A stretch of 64,000 nucleotides of DNA from Lingula anatina. Its lineage: Eukaryota > Animalia > Brachiopoda. Every line of letters begins with the position of its first letter. Positions within the stretch are counted from its first letter, which is position 1. Location: NCBI GenBank assembly GCA_051362555.1, contig CM120641.1, positions 43,778,401 through 43,842,400 on the forward strand, given 5' to 3'. A program made the translations under genes and the position numbers. Below, piece after piece: positions 50,242 to 64,000 of this stretch. The notes under the pieces are model-generated. The model had not been told where the DNA came from and searched no databases. It saw nothing but the letters and a program-made list of their open reading frames with translations.

Positions 50242-52181
50242 TGCATTTGTTAAACACGTGCATTAACTTTTTCTTTCCCTTTCTCTTTTCCTTTGACCCC
50301 CCCCCCCCCCCCCTTTGTTTTTTCTTTATTTCCCTCCTTTTTCTTTCTTGCGTTCTATTTATCTATCTATCTAATTGTATTTCTGTTCGGTGTTTACTTC
50401 AGCCTTTTTTTCTTTTGGTTTTTTTTTTCTCAATTCCAGGCTGTATACCTTACACATTTTTTTCGTGTGATTATTGAAACGAATCGAAGATGCCTGACTC
50501 TGGGATCACTCTGGATCAAACAATCTGCCATTCCGAGGTTTTTCCCCCCATCTCTGTTGCCATGGTAACACATCGTCTCTTTTGAACTGTTACTCAACAA
50601 GGTTACCGTCTCGGGCTCCAGTCCACGTGAAGAGCACAAAGTGGACATTAAACCGAGCCGGAAATGGACAACGAGTTTTGAGCCAAACTCCTGCGGGTCA
50701 CTGAGAAACCAATTTTACTGAAAAAAGTTTTCTGTGCAGAGATCCCTTGATTATGTCACAGGCCTCTCGTGTTTATAATCAGTTACCGTGATGAAAACAA
50801 TAGTTTTGTCAACAGCAACTTGTTGACCCTGGTAGCGAATAAAGATTTTCTGTTTTGGTGTTACTCAATCGGTGTTTTGGGTACTTTGGATTTCGTTCAA
50901 GAATGTGTTGGTTCATAAGAGTTTTTTTCTTTCCATTATTTCCAAGCAGATCATGAAAAGTACATGTTAAAACTTTTGCGAAGTCTGTTGATCAACTGAA
51001 AGCCATACTTGGTTTGTTCTGACTATACTATTATATAGAATTGCGAAAATTGGTATGATTGCACATAACCTTCTCTTCATTTTCATTTTATATTTTCCTG
51101 TTTGAAAAAAAAGAGTAAATTCAGAAAGTAATGATACAGGTTAAGGATGACGGTGAGCTCTTCTTTTCTTGCTTGATCTGGTGCTCTAAAGCGACTAATT
51201 AAGGAACTGATGGTATTTACGACAAAATACTTGATATATCTGGTATTTCAGTGAAAATTTGCAACGTGCGGTCATTTTAGATATCAGACGCTCAAAAATG
51301 AATCAAAAGACGCAGAGGCAAAAGTTAAGTTACACCTTCACTGATCAAACTTTCACCAGTCACAATTAGTTAGTAACACTACCGATAACACGATGACCAA
51401 GTTCTGGAGTATCTAATTGATTAAAAGCCACGTGTGCATGTAGATGACCGGCCAGTGACCGGCATTATGTAACCACCTCTGGTAGACTAGACAGAAAAAA
51501 AACTTTGGCCTCAGTGATAAAATAAGAGACGGCGCCAATTAAGTATACGTAGCACTCACTTTCTTTCTTTTACCAAAACTAATGAAAAACTTATTTTCAT
51601 CTCACACGATCCCTCAAAAACTTTCTACAAAATGGGGGATAGCTGAAAGCAATGCTTACAGTTATTAAAAATAATAGAAATATACGAAAGTCTGGGTGTC
51701 TATGGTTGTTTGGGGATAAGGGTAAAAAGTCCAATTTAAAACCTACAGGTCATCAAAATTTAAATACAATGAATGACAGCCTTGACCACTCACTCTTTCC
51801 GTGGGCTGGAATTGCTCGTTCGTTAATTGACCCAGTTAAAGGAAAAAACAGCGCCCTGGCCATTGGTCAGTTTGCCAATATAAATAGATCGTCTGCCAGG
51901 GATTGGAAGCAGATCTTGCGTAGAAAGAGGTCACTTACACTTCAACCAGTTGACCAGACAGGTTTGTTCGATATTTTGTTTTTTATTACTGAAGTTCTTT
52001 TCATATCATTCTGTTGGCATTATTATTTGGTTGAGGTTGTAGTTTAGTTTTTTTTTACATTTGTATCTTTACTTTAGGGGGCTTACAGAGTTTTTTTGAA
52101 AGTATAATTTGAATTAACTCTTCTTACACTTTTTAATCGATTCAGTAGGTTTATGTTTAGTCTTTTTCTTTTTCAGACAAA

Positions 52182-52857
52182 ATGAATCTTAGCGTCAGTT
52201 TTTCTGTGTCATTGGTTTGCGTCGTCTTGGCGTAAGTAATATTTTAACAAATATTTTGTCTACAGCGATGTTTTGTTTTGAGAAAATAACTGAAATGTGT
52301 GCACTCTTCCAAAATTGCATGAAATCGGTTCAAATGTAACATACGGTCAACCTCAGTCTTTGTTGACATCAGTGTGCGTTGAATAATTATCATTATGATT
52401 ATTTTTACCTCCGCCAAGGAGGTGTTGGTTCTGTTTGTCTGGCCGTGTCTGTCTGTTTGTCGATCCGTCACTTAGAAAGATTATGCAAAAAGTTTTAGTG
52501 AAATTTTCAGGCTATGTCAGAAATGGTGTCACTTTTTTGAGGTGATCTATTAATTGATCAATAAGTAATGATGAGATCGGATCTGTCTTGACTGAGGTCT
52601 TCATTCTCTGAGCGATTTTGTCGTGAATGGTGCTCTCATAATTAGCATGTTTTAGACAAAATTTGGAATCATCCACAAACACTTAATAAAACTGCAAAAT
52701 GAATAAATATTCGTTCATGTTTTTCTAGCGTGATTGAAGCCGGGAGCCTCTTGGGTAAGGAGAGAAGGCTTTTTGACTCACAGGCCGAAGACTATGCGTT
52801 CGGAGAGCGTGAGGTGGGTGCTCTCTTGCGATACTGACACTCTCACATTTTTCTTTG

Positions 52858-52908
<51 letters not shown>

Positions 52909-54720
52909 TCATTGTTGATTCATTAGTCTATGTATGATAAAGAAACATTATCGTAGAAAAAAGTCAAGATATTCAAGTGACAAATATATTTAACCTCATC
53001 AAATGCGTTATTTATTCATATGTTGAATAATCAGTTTATTGATTCGTTTGTTAAAGTTAAATTACAGATCAGACAAACTCAAGCTATTAAATTAGATAAT
53101 AAATTGAGGGAAAAAAATCATTTCATGACTTTTAACAATTTAGGGGGGGGAGTTTTAACAATTACTGACACACTTTATTACTTTACATTGTTTACCAACT
53201 TGTGATGAAAAGAAGGAATCAACATGTGACGATATTTATTGTGGAATATCAAAGAGTAATATAAGATTGGTTAATGTATACTTGTATATACATGCAGTAA
53301 CGTGTGAGGTTTGTTTTATTTCGTTAGCCCGGTGCAGCAATGCAAAAGCGCAGTGTCCGATGCCCTCGTCTCCGCGGTCCGCGCAAGTTCATCGACAGCA
53401 TGTTCTTGGTTGCTGATAGAGACCAGGACGGCTATCTAGATGACGCCGAGTACGACAACCTCTTTGACGAGTTTGATAATGATCGTGAGTTTACCTGATG
53501 ACTAATTTAATACTTGTAAATGTTTTCTAGTGTGAAACAAATGCCTGATGCATTTACCCATTAGGTAGAGCTCAGAACTAACAAAAACTTGTCCTTTGTA
53601 TTCCTGGTCAAACGTTTTTGAGAAGCCTTCTGTCGAAACTTATCAGGTTTCCTTTTGAAGATGACCAAAACTTCCCACTTTTATAGTTTCAATATAGATC
53701 AAGAGAAGTGCTTTGGCAAATCTAGTAAAGAACTTAATTAACTGTTATACTTGCAGACATATAAATATTTTTTTTTTCAAAACGGCAGTCCAGACGTTTT
53801 TTGCACTCAAACATTTTGGTGTCTCTCAAAGCAATTTTTTACAGGGAATGGGGCTTCAGGTTTAAATTATCTCTCAATCTGATTTTAGTGCCTAACGTTC
53901 TCCTATTTTTACGCTGATATTGCATTTAACACTTTTTACAGACAACTCTGACGTCACTCTGGACGAGTACGTTGACCGCCTGGTTGATGTCCACCACGGT
54001 CAGCGTTCCAAAGCTGCCCTCTTGTTCCGCATGGGCGACTTCAACCAGAACCAGAGGCTGGACCTGGAGGACAAGCGCGTGGTCAAGCAGCGGCTTGATG
54101 AAAATGGTCAGTAATTTGCGTTTATGAAGATCGGTGGACCTCCGCATAATATGACATACTATAGCTCTATATGATATTTCTGGACTAAGAATTTCTGGCA
54201 ATATATGACCACAAAGGCTATGATGCCACTGGGTCACCGCCAATAGAACTTAGCTAGTTATTGGTGGTCTACCTTTTGGTTCGCCTGTGCATTGACGCAA
54301 TTAACTTATACTTCGTGTCTCATAAGACCATCTCTTTATGCGCTATTTGATAAATCTTCATTTCATTTGTGTCTTTGATTTAAAACATCAGTGAATTAAT
54401 TCATTAATATATGTGCACCAATTGATTAATCAGCTTATTCATCAATCAGTCTTTAATTTCCTTGAATATTTGGTTTTTATGATTTTACCACATTGGCAGA
54501 TATAATTATTTTTAATTTCATTTTGAGGGTTTTTTAGATTCAAACTCTTGTTTCAGGACTAAACGTTGAGTTATTTTTATGTGATGTAGTAAATGTGAAT
54601 ATTAAGACAAATACTGACATGCGTCAAACAACTGTTATGGAATTCTATTTGCATAATAACTGTGTCATACGTACATGTAGCAAGCGACTTCATAATTTTT
54701 ATTTTTATAAACGTTTTTGG

Positions 54721-54801
<81 letters not shown>

Positions 54802-55512
54802 ATTTTCACATCTGGGGAATTTCTTTCGTTTTAGGTGACGGATTAATTCACCAGTGTGAATTCCGTAAGATCTGGATGCAGGTGGGTGGATTTTCAAGAC
54901 CGATAATTTCATTGAAAATTTCATTTGCATTTCATAAAATTAATATGCTTAGTCAAAAAGATTTGTCAGTTCATTGTGCCTTATGTTGTCTTTCAACAAT
55001 CGCTTTATATAGTGAATCTGGCGAGAAGAGATGTGCTCTGTACTATGTAGGGGAGACAGGGGCTAGTTGGACCCCGGGGTAAGTTGCCCCCCCCCCCCCC
55101 CCCATCAAGTCTCTTTAGGCCTAATAAAGTTACTTTAAGATGCTAAATTATTTCATTTGGACTCACTGCAGACGCTTTCTTTGCACTATTGGATACGGTC
55201 GCTTCACAAAATGATGTGAACAATTCTTTCACTCCATAGTTATTTTGTCGTAAATTGATGGGGGGGGGGGGGCAACTTACCCCGGGGTCCAACTAGCCCC
55301 AGTCTCCCCCAGTACATACCTACACATGTGTTTTATTTACATTACAGTTAGTAAGCTTTGAAAATAAAGTTAATTGTGCGCTTTTTATCTTAGCTGAATG
55401 CCAGTTTAATTCTTTATGATATTCTTCATTATAGAATTGTGAGATAACTTTTGTAAGAGGATCACATGTATATTTTCAGATTGCGGATCGTGCCGGAATT
55501 GCCCGAATGTAA
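52182..55512 (+). CDS. Secreted EF-hand Ca2+-binding protein A (signal peptide, putative propeptide, 4 EF-hand-like loops), 6 exons, ~178 aa
   Basis: Exons 52182-52231, 52729-52813, 53328-53484, 53942-54106, 54835-54881, 55480-55512. MNLSVSFSVSLVCVVLAVIEAG..MQKRSVRCPRL..ADRDQDGYLDDAEY..FDNDHNSDVTLDEY..GDFNQNQRLDLED..LDENGDGLIHQCEF. TATA-like TATAAATA at ~51879. Confidence 0.82.
52401..52620 (+). mobile_element. Non-autonomous Helentron (HINE) remnant
   Basis: TTTTTACCTCCGCCAAGGAGG head, GTCT/GTTT microsatellite, CTTGACTGAGGTC..CTCTGAGCG tail. An inverted tail remnant of a similar family lies at ~21476-21515. Confidence 0.7.
54724..54799. repeat. (TA)n microsatellite
   Basis: Direct reading. 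Confidence 0.97.
55048..55314. mobile_element. MITE with long (~55 bp) near-perfect TIRs
   Basis: GGGGAGACAGGGGCTAGTTGGACCCCGGGGTAAGTTGCCCC..CATCAA ... TTGATGGGG..GGCAACTTACCCCGGGGTCCAACTAGCCCCAGTCTCCCC. Confidence 0.88.
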
Positions 55513-57586
55513 AAACAGGTCCGTGCAACAATCGTGGACGGAGACCAGTCATTCGGTACATAATGCACATGGATATCTGGGTTATATATAACGGATATCT
55601 TAATTACACATGTGGATATCTAAATTTTATCCATATCTGCTGCGGCACCAGATCGGGGTCAATGATTTTGCTCAGTTTACAGCGAATAACAGCATTTTCT
55701 CAATAGTTAAATTTTCTTTATATAAGAACTTTCTGGAACATTCGTTTGATTTGGCTTTGGCATCGGTCAACAGTAAATAAAGACCAGAGATGTAACTGAA
55801 AAAAATGAAAATAGACATTGTCTTAACTCTAAAACTGTAACCAAATGTTTTTTTACTCGTGTTTAATCAAATTAGTTTGATGCGGAAGTTGATAAAGTGA
55901 TTAGATGCAAACCGAGACTTGAGACATCGAATGTGAAAATATGTAAATAAAATGATTTCCAAGCGATCACACTGCTTTTTTTAGTTCTCTCTCGTAAGAC
56001 TGTTTATATTTGTGCCCAGATTGGACAAAAAACACGTGTCCACTGTGCGATAAATATTAACTTTATGTAGTGAGAAAACATGTTGCGTAAAACTACAAAT
56101 GACATTGGAACTTTAAAAGCTTGTACCTGTCTTAAAACAATAAGTTTACACATTTATTTAATTTGTCTTCAAGTAAAATCTCTTTCCGGGTGCAATGTAA
56201 AAGCAACCGAGACAGTGAAAAATACCGTTGAGAACAAAACGTTTAGTCAACGACTGGCAATGTTATCTATGCTGTTCTATTTATCCATTTCTTTCGGAGC
56301 TGGGACATCATTTATATCAGTTAGAATATCCAAGAAGTATAATATATATGCAAAAACAAGCAAAACATAGAGATACGAGATAATACTCAGCCTGGTTAGC
56401 TAGGGAACCTGCTCTTGGCTATAGATTAACTATGCTGTATTGACTTCTACAGATCAGAAAAATGTTTCACCTATTTTAGGGGTAGAGATAAACTAAAGGA
56501 TTAGATTTTGAAAGTGAAAAGTGACAGAATATATAGAAGTAGAAATTACTTTTTTTAACTAAAAAGAAAATAATAATTACGTGTGTTTGTGTTTGCTTTT
56601 TCAATAAGGCATTCAAACAGCCAACTATTCACCGAATGGTTTATTCTGACCAGTTTGTAGGTCATTTGTTCATCTAATATTTTTAAAAGTTTTGACCCTA
56701 ACGCGTGGCATTCTTAGGTGTTTTGCATTCTTAGCTGTTTTAAAATTTAAACCTTTGATTCCGATTTGATTGATTATAAGACTTTTTCACTACTATAACT
56801 ACAAGAGAAGAAACCGGTACAAATGTAGCACGATGTTGCACTTTTTTTTAAAAATCTTGTAAGTGTTCCGAATCCATTACCCAAAACTGTCGCTGTGGTA
56901 CAACACACATGGCACACACCATATGCCCTCAGCAAACTAGTTGGAGACCAAAGTTTTAGTAAACTCAGTTAATGTTTATGTAACCATTATTGTTGCAAAA
57001 CCTGTGACCTTAGGAAACATGGTAATAAAACATGTTTAAAAAACATGGCTATAAATCCTGATATGAAATCACCACCGCAGCTATTAGCTGGCGTTTAAGG
57101 CGACTGCAAAGAACTCGATTTTCATTCGCGAAAATTTGACCAGACAGGCTTTTGCAGACTTTAACTGAAGATTCTACCATCAACCAGGTTCTATATTGAA
57201 TTGGTAGGTATTAAGAAAAACTTAATTCAGATTGCATTGACTCTTTCTACTAGGTTTAGAAAATTATAGCAGTTCACAATTATTATTTTTTCCGTCTTAA
57301 CCACCGAGCACAGTGGCAAAGAAACTTTTGCACAATAATCTATCACCCTTTAGTTATTTTTATTCCAATTATATAATTCTATATCATTAAATCTTATTCT
57401 CCTTGTAATTTTATAAAGTGGCAAAGTTAATCATCAGCTGCAAAGGCTGTCTGTAAATATTATATATTTTTCGTAATTTCCGGGCATTTTATGATTTTAC
57501 ACTGCGATTGCTTCAGGTGCCTTAAATTAAATTCAGTTTATATAATTATTTTATTTTCTATTTCCTCTAGTTACTTCAAGGACAAA

Positions 57587-60500
57587 ATGAATTTTAGCCT
57601 TTCATTCCTTGCAGTTGTTGCATTTGGACTGTTTGCGTAAGTTGTACTATTTTTTCTCTTTAACTAATTTGTTCATATTACGTATTGTTTTAAACTGGCA
57701 TAGTCACGTCAATGAAATCTCAGTTAATTTTCTGTAGCATAATGTAAAATATTCTATAATAAGCAAGTTTTCTAATGTGAAACACATGGCTTACACACAC
57801 GTTCACGCACCTGCACACTCACTTAACATTTGCTTTGAAATTCAAATTGCAATATGTGCTCTATAGGATTGTTGCGTATAAAACTTCACCTTTTGTGTTG
57901 ATTTGCTGCAGTGCCCAGTGACTAGCAATTTGTTACCAAGATACAACAGTTCCTCATACTGTAGATAGGGTTTTTACCAGCAATATAGAAAATATAGAAA
58001 AAGTCATAAGTTTTCTCTTAGTATACATGTATATTTTAAAATTGAAACTTGTAACAATCGTGAACACGAGGGAGGATGCGTGAACCAGTAATGGTATCAC
58101 TTTCGAAATCTCTTTTAAGGCCGAACTAAATTATTGCGTCTTGCGAAATGGATAATATTATTAGTGTTTAGAATTATTTGCGCATGATGCGTTATCTTAG
58201 GCAGAGGTGTAATAGAGAGGAGAGGAGAGGTTCGTGTAATGTTGTTACATAGCTACACCTTACATATATATTGGATTAAGAATATGATATGTTATAACTA
58301 TTCCAAATCGTTCCTCCTGTGTTGGACTTCATGATTAGGAAGTGCATTTGGACGTAAACGATAGCGGTTGAAAGCGATAAATTTCATTTTTTCAGTTATG
58401 TAGATATATCCGTCTATTAAGTAAAAACAGTTCTGTTCTTACCCAAATATTGCGCATCTTCACGCGAATTTCAAAAGTTGTATACAGTTTTCAATTTTCA
58501 ATTTCACAGAACAATGGATTAATAGGAATGAATCACACCAGAAAAAAAGTTTTTTTTTCCGGACCGAAAACGCCTTTCAAAGCCTATTCATCAATTTCTC
58601 TCTTTTCACATTGGACGTATGTTGAAATGTGGATGGGTGGATTTTGTTTTTGAAGCCCAGGGTGTGGCTGTTTTCGAGGTTTTTAATTTTTTGTTTATGC
58701 TTTAGGCTGTTTTTAATTTTTTTGTTTATGTTTTACTGTTTGTAGCTACTGTAAGTAGCGTAGTACATACATGAACCCAGGAAAGAGGGGTCAGTTTTCC
58801 AAAATAACCTAAAACCGACAGCCGGTATTTGCATTCAGCCCCGAAATATTGGTCTGCTTCAATTTCTCTGTTGAAACACTAGAAAAAAATCCAGATTTTG
58901 ACAATTTGCCAGACGATCGAGTAAATTCACACAGTTGGATATAACAGGACAGTGCCCTCGTTTACACTGGGCCAGTGAGCATTTCCAGATACGTCATAAT
59001 GTATACACGACACAGGCCTTTGCTAAATTCCAGCGTATCGTCTGGGGCCACTGTTTTTAAACACGCAAACAGGTGCCCCAAAATAGGTATGTGTTTTTGC
59101 AATAAGCTATGGTCTAAGTATGTTTTGTTTTGGTCTAAGTATGCGCTTTACCGTATATCCAGAAATCAGATCATACGTGCAAACCTTAGTGGAAATTGAG
59201 AAGGGTGGTTTGAACCCTAGTTTTCGCTTGGGCACGCATACACACGCGCACACACACACACGTGCAGTCAAGAATATACATGTACAAATCTGTTAACATG
59301 TAACGGCATCTTTTCCTTTTTAAAACAATCAAACAAAAAAAACTAAAAAGCCCAAGGCTCCTTCAAGTTAAATGCTCGTTTGAACTTCAGTTGTGCTTCC
59401 ATTCACTTCTGCGGGAGACACTGCACCCCCCCCCCTCCACCCTTCCCCTCCTGCAGAAACCGCTATCAAGCAAAAAGGTGCAGTAGATCAAAGCCGGGCA
59501 AAAAATCCAGATATTTTTCAATTTTTTCAAACCTTATATAGTAGTTCCCATGATATCGTGTATTCTTTTATTCTAGCCTTGGTGGAGCTGCCAGACACAG
59601 CGGAGAAATCCGTTGCCCCCGTCTACCGCATTCACACAGGTTTATTAAGAGAATCTTCACCTCGGCTGACGCCAACCAAGACGGCAACTTGGACGACACA
59701 GAATATCACAAGAATCTGTTTAGAGAGTTTGATTATGACGGTAAGTAGTAGATGTGAAAAATGGTTAAAAAATAGTGCCACACTTGGAACTTGAATTAAC
59801 GTAAAAGTCATTACTTATTTTGCAGGTTTGTTATCAAATTTTTTTCGTACAATCTTCATTATTGGTTTTTCATAACTCCACATGCTTAGTGACTGGTATG
59901 CACTATTTTTTGTTTTGGTTCGTAATATTAAAATTATTCTGAAATAGCTTAAACATCGCTATTACCGAACAACCTTACTCTCAAAATATTGGAAAATCCT
60001 GTAGATCCTGTTGATATAACAAGAACGAAATTAAATTAAAATTTCACACAAGACTAGACGGTGCAGTATCAAGGCAATAAAAGAAGTATATTTTCTTAGC
60101 TGACGGACGAGTGACAAGGGATGAATTCCTCACAAAGTTCTTGGAATTGGACCAAGGTCATGAAAACGAGGCTTCGAAGCTGTTCGCAGCGGGAGATGTG
60201 AACCGCAACGGTTATCTGGACGATGATGACAAAACACTTGCTAAATACAGGATTGATTTAAATGGTACGAAATACCATTTACCTTACCTTTTTAAATGAG
60301 AGAAAGTTGATAGCTTTTGTTACAAAAGATTACTGTCGAACTTGGTTGGCGTACATTCTGCTTCGATCGCATTAACTTGTTTCTCTACCATACCGGTAGT
60401 TGGTTTCAGAAATGGATACGTGATTATGTTTTATATTTCTACATCGTTATTACAATGCACCGTGGCGCGAACCTTTCTCTCTCTCTTTCTTTCTCCCTCT

Positions 60501-61077
60501 CAATTGATAATTTTCCATATATTTTAGATGACGGAGAGATTGGAGAATGCGAATTTCAACTCATTTGGACAAAGGTAAGATTTTCTTGATACTTGCAATT
60601 TCAAGAAGTTTTAGCTACTCCCATACGTACGTTCTATTTACCTCAGTGTTTGGCCCTTCTGTGCTCCATGCAGCTGGGACAAATGCTGCGTCTGAAGTAA
60701 AACGCTCAAATCCGTTACCGGTATTCCTATGAAGGACACTCAAGTGAATATTCCAACAAATAGACTCGTTCTCAAAAATATAAATCTTTTTGGCATTGTT
60801 GTTATGTTAATTTTCAAATTAATACATTTTTTGGGGGGTGGGGGGGGGGTGATGATATTTTCCCTACACCATCTGGACTAGACAACTGAGAAAAACAAAT
60901 TGCACAGTATAGTCGTGATTTTATCCGTTAATTGATATGTGTTATTTTATATGGATTGCCTGCTGATATGCTGCCCACGTCATTGGATTAATGGCACGTC
61001 ATTGGATTAATCACAATGCCAAGACTCACAATATTTTCCTATTTCAGATTGCAGACAGTGTACAAATAGGCCTGTAA
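57587..61077 (+). CDS. Secreted EF-hand Ca2+-binding protein B (paralogue of A), 5 exons, ~151 aa
   Basis: Exons 57587-57636, 59577-59740, 60100-60264, 60528-60574, 61048-61077. MNFSLSFLAVVAFGLFALGG..IRCPRL..ADANQDGNLDDTEY..FDYDADGRVTRDEF..GDVNRNGYLDDDD..IDLNDDGEIGECEF. Three exon sizes (50, 165, 47 bp) and the downstream phases match gene A. TATAAA at ~57050. Confidence 0.85.
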
Positions 61078-61399
61078 AGATAAGGAAACCGACAGTGAGT
61101 GCCACGTGCGAAACTGTCTGTGTTGCTCGTTCGGGATCTTTTTTCCATATCACCTAAACGTGAAAATATCTATTGAAGAGAATTCATACCATGCAAACTG
61201 TGTTTATCTTCAAAATTCAAATTTATGTCTTCGAGATCTCAATTTCTGCTTTACACTACAACAGCACGAGGAGGAATAAAACGTGATTTTACACACAAGT
61301 GGCAATCTACATATGATGATATAATTATACTTTCATTCAAGTGACAGGAAGACTTGCTAGAATTGAGAATACCAACATTCGAGACCGTATACCAGAGTC

Positions 61400-61900
61400 C
61401 TGTATCACTTTCTTTGAAAAAGCATTGGCCATCAGAAAAGTCAACAGAGAAGGCATCGTGTGTGACCCATTTAACAAAGATGACTGACTGTTGATGTATA
61501 TTTTTTGTTTCAAGACAGTTAATGTTTTTTACATCTCTTCAGTCGGTTTTCACTCATTCGTTAGTTTCTATTAGAGCGACTTCCACAGATTACACCTCTT
61601 ATTTTGTTGAAATCTCCGATTAAAAAAATGTTCCTAATAGGGTGAAAAGATCATTAATTTCATCTATTTTTACGTCCTTTAGGAAACTATTGCAAATATT
61701 TAACATGTATTTTAAGAAAAATGGAAATACAAGCAATATGACAAGTTTAAAAAGATATTGAATACGGGATTTTTTGTGCAGATGATACATCTTACCGTGC
61801 TGCATGATACACCTTACAATTTTGCCCTGTTTTCAATTTTCTGTTCTTATCAACCATCATTGTCCAGTTCAAACCCCAAATATACTCTGTAATATTTTCA
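61400..61900 (-). mobile_element. Highly degenerate LINE APE-endonuclease fragment (I/Nimb/Jockey-like)
   Basis: Across frameshifts: HKKIPY..LNICNSF..INDLFTLL..FLIGDFNK..GS..N..INCL, which is the GDFN motif context of LINE endonucleases. Confidence 0.4.
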
Positions 61901-64000
61901 ACACAGACGCTGTAAGTGTCTGAGAATAGTCTGAAATCCTTGGTCTTCTTTAACAAAATCCTATTGTGATAAAACTGCTTCTCTAACGCAATAGGTATAG
62001 TGACGGTGGTTGTTATGTATGAAGTATTGTGGAGTTTGATCATAATTCTCATTTTGAACGGATTTTTCCAGAACTCCGGTTTCACAGCCTAACCTGAAAC
62101 TTACAGGATTAAAAAAAAACAAAAAAACTTAAAGCTGGTATCCCTTATATGGGAATGTGAAATTTCAATCTTATTCCAGAAACTTTGAATCTTGGTGACC
62201 AACAATTATGGAGCACCAAACCAAACGTGAAGTCCCATAAAGTGTAATGATGAACGTTCAGATGAGTTTCAAAATTAATTTTTAAAAATGGGATCCAACA
62301 GGTTCACCAAAGAGAAAAAAATTAAGTGTCAATAAAAGAACTTATTTTGCACATTCTTCTCTCAAGTATAAAAGACAGAATGGTCTGAAGTACCTTTTGC
62401 CTGTTTAGTTTTAGCACAAAAATGCACTTGTTAATAGATCAGTAATAAAAAAGCTACAAAAACAAGTTTCATTGCACGACTTTATTTTTCTCAAATTTTT
62501 CAAAGACAACCACAATACCTTAAAACATACATGTAGCACATTCACAGAAATGACACGACTGCCAGCCCAACATAAAGATAATATTAAATAAACAAAACTA
62601 ATCTCTGTATCACAGTTATTCTGTCTTTCTGATCAATAAACAAAGCTAGTAGTTATTCACAACTTTGACAAATGATAACAATCATAATAAACCAACTGGT
62701 CATATGCAATTGCCCTAACATAACCTTTTGTTTTAAACTATGAAGGATTTTTCAAATACTAGGGATGGTAAGTAAAAAGTAAATATTTCTCCATTAAAAA
62801 AGAAAAAAAAAATCTAGAAAAGGGCTGCAGTTAAAAGTTCACATTTACCCCGATCATACACACAAGAACACACACATACATCAAAATGCATTTGGAGATT
62901 TTTTTCCCCACCTCGAGATAACATTTCATGCTTTCTATTGTGAAAATATATCTAAAAAGTTTAACTAAATCCAATTAAGTCTACTGTACAGATGCTAATC
63001 AAAATTGTAGAGGTTTAATTTGTGTAATAAGATAATTTCAAAATGATATTAAAATAATGCTATGAAAGTATCTTTGAATTATTTCCTGCATCTTGGTAAA
63101 AGGTTATTCATTTAAAAGCAATATATCAAAACAAAAGATCCCCATCCTGTGGCACATTTTCTGATCGTACTTATTTTCCTTAAATGAAATTTCTTTTTTT
63201 TCTATTTCATATAACTAAAAGAACTGTGCATGATCACTTGGACTTTCGTAAACACATCTTTTTGATATTTGATGAAGCTTTAAATGTTTCTCTAAAATCC
63301 TTTGTTTATAAAACATGTCTAAGTCTTAAACCTGTCAAATTACAGCTGTTAAATATGATAAGTGACATGATTAAATAATATGTACAAAATTAGAAAAGCA
63401 GCATAAATGCCAACAACGGAGCTAAGTCCCATGTCCTGTATTGAAGTAGGTGCCATCTATGGTTGAAAACTGAGGTCCTCCATGAGTGGATTTCTAACAG
63501 TTGTTCCAAGTAGTGCACCCAAGGCAGTACGACTGTCAGAGAGATTTCACACACCAGAGAATTTGGACCTCCTGGAAATATTTACAGGAAAAGAATCATA
63601 CAAGTTGCAAAAAATACTCTTCTGGAAATATTTTAAGTTAAACCTACTGAGAAAAAATAATTACTGCAGTGCAATATTAATTTTCAAGATAAACTTGAAA
63701 AGCAGAAAGTAGCAAATTATTAATGCTGAGAGTAACCATTATGAAGCTTTTACTGTTTAAAGAAGAGAACAAGGTGAATCATTCTCTTTTCTTTTTTAAA
63801 GCCTACTCTATATCAATGCCATCTGGCATTTTTTTTAAAGAATGCTGAATCCTCGATCATGTTGGACAGAGAAACAGATACCTGAATGGCAATGATTCCA
63901 GACACAACACACCACCACACTGAAAAAATTACGCAGCACTACTTGTTGACATGAACTGAGCAAAATACAGACTTCAACAGAAGCATACAGGGAAGGCTTC

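Noticed and set aside
54577-55082. ORFs containing (YI)n
   Set aside because: Artefacts of the (TA)n microsatellite.
58115-59230. CpG-richer intronic stretch that may be a DNA transposon remnant
   Set aside because: Could not identify matching TIRs, a TSD or coding motifs by eye.
62200-64000. Possible 3' end of a convergent minus-strand gene
   Set aside because: It looks UTR-like, but no coding exon or splice structure could be supported within the window.

Overview
AT-rich, intron-rich animal genomic DNA. A lophotrochozoan, probably a mollusc, is inferred from the gene and repeat content; the sequence alone does not prove it. From left to right: (1) an apparently intact 12-exon hAT transposase (ZNF862-like, minus strand) with one candidate element end at ~4914. 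(2) A ~7 kb patchwork (5.7-12.5 kb) of degenerate coding fragments from unrelated mobile elements or viruses: a zinc-knuckle+TatD nuclease ORF, Polinton/Maverick pPolB, DIRS-type ORF1, two YqaJ/lambda-exonuclease genes (one with a PHD finger) and a coiled-coil fragment. All lie on the minus strand, most abut each other, and NRF1/ETS promoter motifs sit at the left edge. This looks like a unistrand piRNA-cluster-like 'TE trap' and is the most interesting signal here. (3) Galactokinase GALK1 (7 exons, minus), head-to-head with (4) a 20-exon RUN-PDZ-PTB gene (plus). (5) A Helentron/HINE-derived composite repeat array at 37-40 kb. (6) An LRRC74-like LRR+EF-hand gene. (7) Two tandem paralogous genes for small secreted EF-hand proteins, one with an extra propeptide exon. 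Nested LINEs, several MITEs and microsatellites are also present. No rRNA, tRNA or CRISPR array was recognised. Exon models were spliced by hand from GT-AG boundaries and phase consistency. Family assignments come from motif recognition, not database searches.
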